Positions 57,276-64,000 of a stretch of 64,000 nt of DNA are shown one piece after another (position 1 is the stretch's first letter; each line of letters begins with the position of its first letter). The DNA comes from a virus. The notes under the pieces were generated by a model that searched no databases, was not told where the DNA came from, and saw only the letters and a list, made by a program, of their open reading frames with translations. The position numbers and the translations under genes were made by a program. The stretch spans positions 11,336 to 75,335 of the IMG/VR virus record IMGVR_UViG_3300009168_000004; one strand, written 5' to 3'.

Positions 57276-57823
57276 CACTTCCTCATCATCGAGTCGCCGA
57301 AGCGCTGGACCCACTGGTGCGTGAAGTCTGTGTCGGGGGACAGGTCGCCCCGGATGATCTCCCGGACGGTGTCCCTGATCCTGGCCGCCGCCTCCTCGTC
57401 GCTGGCGCAGACCATCTGGGCTCCGAAGTTGCCGGGGTCCAGGCGGTTGACCCTGCCTCCGAAGATCTCGTTGCGGCGCTTGGATGGGTTGAGGGCGAAG
57501 ATCATGAACTCGTGGGTCGCCCCCGGAATGTAGAAGCGGATCGGTTGCTCGTCAGGTGCAGGGCGCAGGTGGACGAGCGACAGGACGTAGGAGTGCCAGA
57601 TCGGATGGGCCCAAGGGCACTCGATCAGCCACAGGGCCACCGACGCGGGGAACGGCCTCCCGTGGATGTGCCAGTAGCCGACGTGGTCCGTCGGGACCAG
57701 CCAGGCCTCGCCGCGCAGATCAGACTCGCTCGGGGGAACCCCGACGGGGTCAGCCCGGACGGCGGCCATCGCCCGCTGCCGGTTCTCCTGGACCATGTCC
57801 TCGGCCATCTTGCGCTCGTCCAT
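57275..57823 (-). CDS. Hypothetical protein
   Basis: GGAGG RBS; ORF track. Confidence 0.7.
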   Translation of the reverse strand: MDERKMAEDMVQENRQRAMAAVRADPVGVPPSESDLRGEAWLVPTDHVGYWHIHGRPFPASVALWLIECPWAHPIWHSYVLSLVHLRPAPDEQPIRFYIPGATHEFMIFALNPSKRRNEIFGGRVNRLDPGNFGAQMVCASDEEAAARIRDTVREIIRGDLSPDTDFTHQWVQRFGDSMMRK

Positions 57824-57845
57824 GGGGCTACCCTCCTAACCTTGC

Positions 57846-58283
57846 CTAAACTTCCTCGAACTGGATGCGGCCGGCGGCCGTCCACCGCTGGACATCTCGG
57901 CGGGAGATGCCCCTGGTCTTGAGCTGGGCCTCGGTGAGGCCGACCCTCAGCTTCTTATATCTCAGGAAGGCCTGGGTGGTGGGCAGGCAGGGGTTGGGGT
58001 CCACCCGGACGAGCCTTGGCCCCAGGTGCTCAGGGGAGCGCGCCACGGGGCGTGGGGGCCAGGGGGGTGGGTTGTATGGGCCGACCTGGATTGCGCGACC
58101 AGTGACCCGCTCTATGCAACTGCGGGCCTCCTCGGTGCCGATCCTGAGGAGCGCCAGGGCCAGGTCGGCTCGGGTGACGGCTCCGAGGGGTATTCCGTGG
58201 GTGACGAAGTAGGACGTCAGGTCGAGCTGGACTTGCGCCGGCAGGGCTGTGAGCAGCGTGGACTGCCAGGCGGGGTCAGCCAT
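57846..58283 (-). CDS. Hypothetical protein
   Basis: Start MADPAWQ. Confidence 0.6.
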   Translation of the reverse strand: MADPAWQSTLLTALPAQVQLDLTSYFVTHGIPLGAVTRADLALALLRIGTEEARSCIERVTGRAIQVGPYNPPPWPPRPVARSPEHLGPRLVRVDPNPCLPTTQAFLRYKKLRVGLTEAQLKTRGISRRDVQRWTAAGRIQFEEV

Positions 58284-58355
58284 TGGACTTCCCTTTGGTC
58301 GTCCGGGTGGAGGAAGTTCCGCCCCTCGCACCCGGACCAAATTACGCCAATCGGA

Positions 58356-58967
58356 TTAGCCTACAAGGCTGATGTGACCGTCGCGAACCGTGTTGGTCAG
58401 CCACTGGCGAGCGTTGCGGCGTTCAGCCGTCGGGAACTTTGCCAGGTACTTCCCGATGCTGATGCCACCGCGCATCTTCTCGTAGTGGGCGTGGGCATCC
58501 GTGCCTTCGCGGCGCGGGTTCTCGTCCGCCTTCAGGCGGATGACCTGCTCGTCGCGGGTTCGGGTCCGGGTCGCCGACGTGCCGTTGGCTGCCGGGGTTC
58601 GGGCGGCGTCGGTCGCTGACTTGGGCGTGACCTTGCGGGCGGTCGCCGGGGTCTTCTTCGCTGCCTTCTTGGCTGCGGTCTTCGGGGCCTTCTTCTTCGC
58701 TGCAGTCTTAGCCATTGTACTCTCCTGCGCCGTGGCGCTGTTTACACTGTCGGTTGGCTCCTGAACATCTCCCTGCTGGGGTCCGTCCAGGACTTCTAGG
58801 TGATAGTTCGGGATGGTCTGGAGGGAGCCGGAGTGCATCCAACGCACCTCCGATTGCTCCGGGCCGGACCGAACCAGCTCCCCGACGCGCTTGCCCTTGA
58901 CGAAGCGGACGTAGACTCTGCCCTGCTTCGGTTCGGGTCCGTCGGTGGAAGTCTTCTTGCTCGTCAT
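58356..58967 (-). CDS. Histone H1-like Lys/Ala-rich DNA-binding protein (internal start at 58715)
   Basis: AKTAAKKKAPKTAAKKAAKK followed by an NPRREGT domain. RBSs precede both ATG 58967 and ATG 58715. Confidence 0.7.
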   Translation of the reverse strand: MTSKKTSTDGPEPKQGRVYVRFVKGKRVGELVRSGPEQSEVRWMHSGSLQTIPNYHLEVLDGPQQGDVQEPTDSVNSATAQESTMAKTAAKKKAPKTAAKKAAKKTPATARKVTPKSATDAARTPAANGTSATRTRTRDEQVIRLKADENPRREGTDAHAHYEKMRGGISIGKYLAKFPTAERRNARQWLTNTVRDGHISLVG

Positions 58968-59288
58968 GTGGGGTCCTCCAGCTCCCCGATCGATCTCTCT
59001 TACCAAGCTCTTGGACAATATGTCCATACCCGTAGCATGCATCAAGACCTTTGAAGAGGTGTCAACGGCTGTGATTTTCCCTGCGGGCTGTCGGGCCATC
59101 AGGCCTGGAGTGATCACTTCCTGCTGTCCCACTCATCGAGCATCCAGCCTACGATGCATCCGACGGCGATGGCTGCGATGGACGCCAAGATGACGCTCCA
59201 GAGCCTCTCGGGCTTTGAGATGACCAAGGCTCCGGCCGCCGTCAGCGAGACGGCGACCAGGCACTTGATGAGTAGATTTCCGTCCAAC

Positions 59289-59978
59289 TTACGCCAGGCG
59301 GACCAGCGGTCGATCGCCACGACGCTTACGGCGCAGAGACAGCAGGCCAAGGCCAAGGAAGCCCAAGCCCATCATCGCCCACGTCGCAGGCTCAGGTACG
59401 CCAGCGATCTGCTGGCCGGGGATGAGCCCGGCCTGTCCAGTTGCGTAGCCGGTATCAAACGCGCCGCCGTCCGGATTGAGCGGGTTGAACGCGAAGATGT
59501 GGTCCGACACTACCCGGTTGTTGGAGTTGAGAGCGAAGATGCTCGCAACGCTGTTCCACTGCCCCGTCGGATTGTCGAGCGTGAAGTGGAACTCCGTGAC
59601 CGACCGCGTGAAGCCGTCGAACATGTTGATGGAGGTGTTGAAGTCCCCCCACGTTCCGCCGTTGCTCGAATTGATGCTCAGGACGGATGTCGGCGGGTTG
59701 GTGCCGTTGATGAGCGGCGTCCAACCGATGCCGCTGATCAGATAGTTCGTTGCGGAGAAGTTCAGGTCGAACGCCCCTTGCCCTCCGAACGAGTAGCCGG
59801 TCGCCGCCTGATAGCTGAAGGACGCCGTGTCTCCGTCGATCAGGTTCACAGTCAGCGTGCCGTACGGCGGCAAGAACTGAGCCGGCAGATTGCTCTGCGT
59901 CAGGCTCAGGGTTGCACCAAAGGATGGTGCAATCATTGCTGCCCCCATGGCAGCAGCCAGCAGTAGTTTTTTCAACAT
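59289..59978 (-). CDS. PEP-CTERM (PEPxxWA) surface protein
   Basis: Signal peptide; C-terminal VPEPATWAMMGLGFLGLGLLSLRRKRR. Confidence 0.9.
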   Translation of the reverse strand: MLKKLLLAAAMGAAMIAPSFGATLSLTQSNLPAQFLPPYGTLTVNLIDGDTASFSYQAATGYSFGGQGAFDLNFSATNYLISGIGWTPLINGTNPPTSVLSINSSNGGTWGDFNTSINMFDGFTRSVTEFHFTLDNPTGQWNSVASIFALNSNNRVVSDHIFAFNPLNPDGGAFDTGYATGQAGLIPGQQIAGVPEPATWAMMGLGFLGLGLLSLRRKRRGDRPLVRLA

Positions 59979-60080
59979 ATTTCTCTCTCCGCGTTGTGAC
60001 GCATCGGGTGCGCCGTCCCTACTCCCTACACCACTTTACACTCTTTGAAGGGGGAGACTTTCGCTGCCTCCTGCCCCTTT

Positions 60081-60440
60081 TCACGCAGCTTTCTTCTTGG
60101 ACTTTGCCCCGCGCCTGGTCGGGACGATCGCCCGGTGCCGGCCCTTGGCGATCCACTCGGCAGCCTTCTTGAGTTCCGCCTCCTCGTCGATCCTGGTCCC
60201 CCGACGGGGCTCCAGGGTGTAGCCCGCCGCGGTCATCATCGCTGCGATGGTTGCGAACTGCGGCCGGCGGGTCGGACCCTCGAAGATGTTCTTGGCCGTC
60301 GAGTAGGCGACCCCGGACAGCTTCGCCACGCGGGAGACGAACCTCTCGCCCAGGGCGTCCTGCAGGGCGGTCCGCGCCTTGTCGCAGATGGGGTCCTTCT
60401 CGATGAAGTTGTAGGTCCGGTAGACGTGGATGCGAGGCAT
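60081..60440 (-). CDS. HTH-like protein
   Basis: VAKLSGVAYSTAKNIFEG.TRRPQFATI. Confidence 0.65.
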   Translation of the reverse strand: MPRIHVYRTYNFIEKDPICDKARTALQDALGERFVSRVAKLSGVAYSTAKNIFEGPTRRPQFATIAAMMTAAGYTLEPRRGTRIDEEAELKKAAEWIAKGRHRAIVPTRRGAKSKKKAA

Positions 60441-60835
60441 CAGCCCTCCTGGTTCGTTGCGGCCGCCACGGCCTTCTTGCCGGCGGGCGTGAGCTCGTAG
60501 CAGGCCTTCCGCCCCGCCACCTTGGTCGACCGGGCCAGCTTGTCGCGCTTGAGCTTCCCGATCGTCGCCAGAGCCGACGAGTCGGCCAGGCCAGCGTCTC
60601 GGAAGATCGTCCGCAGGTCGTCCATGCACTGCTTGCCCTTGGCGGACAGCGCCACCAGGATCAGGGCGCGGCCCGACATCTTGGCTGCGCCGGGGATCGT
60701 GCCGTCCTGGTTCGCCTGGTTCCTCTTCAGGTCAAGGTCCAGCCTCGCCACACCGGGCATCGCGTTGAGCACGTTCACGACTCGGCCGAAGGCCGCCTCG
60801 TCCACGTGCGCAACGATCTTCATCATCTTTGCCAT
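60440..60835 (-). CDS. Winged-helix-like protein
   Basis: C-terminal ...IGKLKRDKLA...YELTPAG. Confidence 0.6.
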   Translation of the reverse strand: MAKMMKIVAHVDEAAFGRVVNVLNAMPGVARLDLDLKRNQANQDGTIPGAAKMSGRALILVALSAKGKQCMDDLRTIFRDAGLADSSALATIGKLKRDKLARSTKVAGRKACYELTPAGKKAVAAATNQEG

Positions 60836-60940
60836 TCAGTTCTCCTGTGCCATTTTGAAGGGTTCGGGGGAGCCGAGCGGGGTTCAAAGCCCTCGGCTCC
60901 CCCTCGTCAGCCCGAGTCGTGACTCTCGGACCCAACGATC

Positions 60941-61885
60941 TCAGTTGACCTGCTCTCCGGCAGGCTGGTGGGCAATCGCGAGCTGGAGCCCCGCCGGCTC
61001 GCTCAGCGTCTGGTCGGCGTGCAGCGTGGCCGTCAGGACGTCCGCCGTCTCTCGGACGGCAAACCCTCCGCCGTCGGCGAAGGTGATGCGGGTGCCCACG
61101 CGGCCGTCGTGGCGGGGGTAGTAGGTCCGGACGAAGGAGCCGTTCAGGATGCAGACCTCGTCGGTCTCGCCGGTGTGGCGCGAGCTCCGGATCTTCGTGA
61201 CCTTGACGAACTTGGACATCAGCTCGGGGGCCACCGCACGGATCTTCTCGACCAGCTTGTCCATGGTCTCGAAGACCGCGAAGCCCTTCCCGTCGGCGAA
61301 CGTGATCCGGCTGCCCGGACGGTTGTCCTTGCGGGCGTAGAAGCAGCGGATGAAGGCGACGTTGATGACCGACGGCTCGCCCTGGAACAGCGGGGGAGCA
61401 GCCGCACCGGGCTCCTCGTCGAACTCCTGATCGTCGTCGATCTCGTGGTGATCCTCGTACTCGCTGGAGCCCCCTCCAACCTTGTCGACCGTGATGAACT
61501 TGGACATGTCGTCCTCCGATACTAGGCCCACGATTGCTCCGGCTGTGGGCGAGGGCCGGCCTTGCCGGGGGAAGGTCCCCCGTGTGAGAGTCCGACGGGG
61601 CTGGGCATCGCTGCCCGAACCCGGCACAGGTAGCCCCGTCGGCTGGGCGGCGAACGGGCCGCCCGGTTGTTCGTGGATATTCCAGATGGCGTAGAGGGTA
61701 GCAGCGGCCATCGTCCGCTCCGCGTCGTTGTCCAACGCGCGCATCGTGATCTTGGACGTGTACTTCGTCCGGGTCACGGGGTCCGTGAACCCGTCGATGT
61801 GGGTGATCTTGTAGATGACGCCTCGGCTGTCCATGACCGAGTGGCCGACGCGCAGGCTGGTGACTTGGCTTCCCATCTGGGGCAT
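60941..61885 (-). CDS. Hypothetical protein with a tandem duplicated domain (internal start near 61508)
   Basis: RITFADG.GFAV.ET occurs twice. Confidence 0.7.
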   Translation of the reverse strand: MPQMGSQVTSLRVGHSVMDSRGVIYKITHIDGFTDPVTRTKYTSKITMRALDNDAERTMAAATLYAIWNIHEQPGGPFAAQPTGLPVPGSGSDAQPRRTLTRGTFPRQGRPSPTAGAIVGLVSEDDMSKFITVDKVGGGSSEYEDHHEIDDDQEFDEEPGAAAPPLFQGEPSVINVAFIRCFYARKDNRPGSRITFADGKGFAVFETMDKLVEKIRAVAPELMSKFVKVTKIRSSRHTGETDEVCILNGSFVRTYYPRHDGRVGTRITFADGGGFAVRETADVLTATLHADQTLSEPAGLQLAIAHQPAGEQVN

Positions 61886-61943
61886 TGGAACTTCTCCTCT
61901 TGCGTCCGCCTATCTGATCCTGGGGGCGGACAGACCCTGGTCT

Positions 61944-62393
61944 TTACGCTGCGATCTCCTCCGCGAAGAACCGGGAGGCGCACTCCGGGCCAAAACCCGT
62001 CTTGATCGAATGGGGGACGGTCAGCTTGCGGGAGCAGCGGCCGCAGCGGCCTTCGTGCCAGATCTCCAGCTTCTGGCTGATGTAGTCCTTCTGCAGGTTC
62101 TGCCAGGCCCAAGCGAACGCCTTGCAGGACGGGGCCTCGCGGCTGACCCGAGCCTTCGAGCCGCCGTGGAAGAAGACGCCCCGGCGGATGTAGCCGACGT
62201 AGACGTACGCGGTCTCGTTGTCCGGGCCGTTCATAAGCTGGACGAAGTGGACGTTGCCGTCCTCCGGGGACTTGATCCGGAAGGTGAAGCGCTGGTCCGT
62301 CTCCTTGGACCGCAGGGTGACGGTGGCCTTGCCGGCCAGCATGAAGCGCAGGGCTTCGGCAGCTTCGGTGAAGGGGGCGGGAACGAAGGTCAT
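61944..62393 (-). CDS. DUF6011-type Zn-finger phage protein
   Basis: AG.AT.TL.S, GPDNE and HEGRCGRCSRKLTVP.SI.TGFGPECA. Confidence 0.8.
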   Translation of the reverse strand: MTFVPAPFTEAAEALRFMLAGKATVTLRSKETDQRFTFRIKSPEDGNVHFVQLMNGPDNETAYVYVGYIRRGVFFHGGSKARVSREAPSCKAFAWAWQNLQKDYISQKLEIWHEGRCGRCSRKLTVPHSIKTGFGPECASRFFAEEIAA

Positions 62394-62473
62394 GGGGTGG
62401 TCTCCTGTGCCGGGAGGTTGAGGTCTACGGGTAGGGTTGTAGGCCCTGCGGGCCAGCCCGTAAACCGGATTGT

Positions 62474-62752
62474 TCAGGCGGTGTGGGCAGCCATCGCAGC
62501 TTCCCACTCCGTGGTCAACGCATCGTCTGCGTCCATCGCCACGAAGCGGTCGGCGTAGGTGTCGTGGGTCGAGACGAAGACCAGGCCATCGTAGTCGGCG
62601 TAGATGTCCCAGCAGTAGCGGACCAGATTGCCAGCGTGGGCGACAGTGACCTCGATCGCCTCAGCGTGGGCGTCGACCGTGACGGTGGCGGACTCAGCGC
62701 CGGGGAAGGTGCGGAGGACTTCGGCTTCGACGATCTGGGAGAGGGTGCGCAT
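62474..62752 (-). CDS. Hypothetical protein
   Basis: ORF track; AAGGA RBS. Confidence 0.6.
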   Translation of the reverse strand: MRTLSQIVEAEVLRTFPGAESATVTVDAHAEAIEVTVAHAGNLVRYCWDIYADYDGLVFVSTHDTYADRFVAMDADDALTTEWEAAMAAHTA

Positions 62753-62885
62753 CGGTCAGTTCCTTTGTTTCAGTACAGGCATCATGACCTAGAACCTTCA
62801 ACGAGGAGTCAACGCCCAGGATTATCCAAGAGATATTTGTGTGGGCTGTGAGCCCACACTTGCCAAGAGAGACCACATCCGCCTC

Positions 62886-63437
62886 TCACGCCTCATCGGG
62901 TTCCGCCGCCGGGGGATGGCTCTGGACGGCATCCTCGAGCTCACGGAGGACGGCCCAGTTCACAGGGGGTTCGGCAGGGCCAGCCGCGTCCCCGTCGCGC
63001 TGGGCCAGCCCTGGGGTCGTGGCACCCGTCGGGCCGTTGACCTCCCGCTCCTGCCAGCCGAAGTTGAAGCGGTAGCGGGGATCGGGGACGCAGAAGAGGT
63101 GATACTTGTTCGAGGTGTCCACCTTCCGGCTCTCTGCCGGGTAGAGCTCCACGGCCTCGCACTCCGCCCCGACGAGCTGGTTCTTGATCGCCTGGAAGTC
63201 CCGCCAGTCCCGCAGGATCGGCCCTCCGTCCCGACGGCGAATGTTCAGGTGCACAAGGCCCTGCGGCGTCTTGCGGATCTGCACCTGGTACGTGTCGTTG
63301 ATCCAGACCTGGTTCCGGGCAGCCTCGGACTGCAGGGAGGCGATCGCCCGCTTCCGGGTGGCCGCCCCGTTCTTCATGACCTGCTCGATCAGCTCCTCCG
63401 ACGGCGGCAGGACCGCAGCCCTCTCAAGCTTCTGCAC
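62886..63437 (-). CDS. Conserved phage protein
   Basis: HLNIRRRDG, DWRDFQAIKNQLVG.E.EAVELYPAES..VDTSN.YHL. Confidence 0.75.
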   Translation of the reverse strand: MQKLERAAVLPPSEELIEQVMKNGAATRKRAIASLQSEAARNQVWINDTYQVQIRKTPQGLVHLNIRRRDGGPILRDWRDFQAIKNQLVGAECEAVELYPAESRKVDTSNKYHLFCVPDPRYRFNFGWQEREVNGPTGATTPGLAQRDGDAAGPAEPPVNWAVLRELEDAVQSHPPAAEPDEA

Positions 63438-63597
63438 TGGTCCGCTCCCCCAGGGTCAGGACCACTTCGCCGTTCGACAGGCGGAGCTCGGTGGTCAGGT
63501 TGAACCTCTTACCGTCCGTCGTCTCGATGGCGACGGTCTTGCCGTTGTGGCCGGCGCCCACCAGGGCGATGAGCTCACGCAGTTGCTTCAGGGTCAT
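63424..63597 (-). CDS. 57-aa hypothetical protein
   Basis: Manual ORF MTLKQLRELIAL..., ATGA overlap with the upstream gene. Confidence 0.55.
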   Translation of the reverse strand: MTLKQLRELIALVGAGHNGKTVAIETTDGKRFNLTTELRLSNGEVVLTLGERTSAEA

Positions 63598-63875
63598 AGC
63601 AGTTCTCCAAACAGGCGGGTGAAGTCGAAGTCATCAGTATCGTGCTCGCCGACGGCGTCGAACCACCGGACGAAGTTCGAGGGGTCGTTCTCGCCCCAGC
63701 GGCAGAAGCCGACCAGGTCGCCGGTGGCCTTGTCGAACTCGGCCTCGACGCGCTCGTAGCCGTCGTACAAGATCTCGCTCCGATCGGGGTCCGTGCGGAT
63801 GGCGCAGTAGCCGTGGGACAGGGACTCGATCGAGGCGCGGCTGACCGGCTGGCGCAGGTAGTAGAAGGTGCTCAT
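63594..63875 (-). CDS. Hypothetical protein
   Basis: ORF track; GAGG RBS. Confidence 0.65.
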   Translation of the reverse strand: MSTFYYLRQPVSRASIESLSHGYCAIRTDPDRSEILYDGYERVEAEFDKATGDLVGFCRWGENDPSNFVRWFDAVGEHDTDDFDFTRLFGELL

Positions 63876-64000
63876 CTGGGTTCCTCTTCAGACGTGGTCG
63901 TGGAAGACGGTCAGGTCAAGCCACTCTTGTGTGACGGCGAAGGTCACCCCGACGGTCGGGGCGGCAGCCAGGACGAACTGCATGGCGCTTTCGCCGTCCA

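Noticed and set aside
1-64000. tRNA, integrase/att, transposase, reverse transcriptase/DGR, intron or intein
   Set aside because: No recognisable motifs by eye, and the polymerase, TerL and helicase appear uninterrupted. tRNAscan and HMM searches are needed to exclude them formally.

Overview
A 64-kb, GC-rich segment of a tailed dsDNA phage genome with a siphovirus-type tail. Almost all genes are on the - strand. The host is probably an alphaproteobacterium, inferred from a GcrA-like gene, an alpha-type XRE HTH and a PEPxxWA-CTERM protein. In transcription order (right to left): small early/accessory genes (64-55 kb); replication genes (family A DNA polymerase, Cas4/YqaJ-like exonuclease, SSB-like protein, primase-SF3 helicase) with a probable origin; terminase small subunit; an unexplained 14-copy, 62-bp-period array in three blocks; GcrA-like gene; terminase large subunit; a portal fused to an Acb1-like 2H phosphoesterase; fibre genes; an ATP-grasp/methyltransferase/three-glycosyltransferase cassette inside the head operon; capsid and tail genes; a short + strand regulatory island; and a nucleotide-modification cluster at the left end. 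That cluster holds a UDG-like protein, an AsnB-like amidotransferase, a non-canonical C5 methyltransferase with a natural motif X Asn->Lys, a dCMP-type thymidylate synthase homologue, a MazG-like pyrophosphatase and a partial dCMP deaminase. The two best candidates for a new system are the putative carboxymethyl/carbamoylmethyl pyrimidine hypermodification pathway (1-5.6 kb) and the phased repeat array (44.5-45.95 kb). No integrase, tRNA, CRISPR-cas locus or clear endolysin was recognised. All calls come from reading motifs by eye; no database searches were run.
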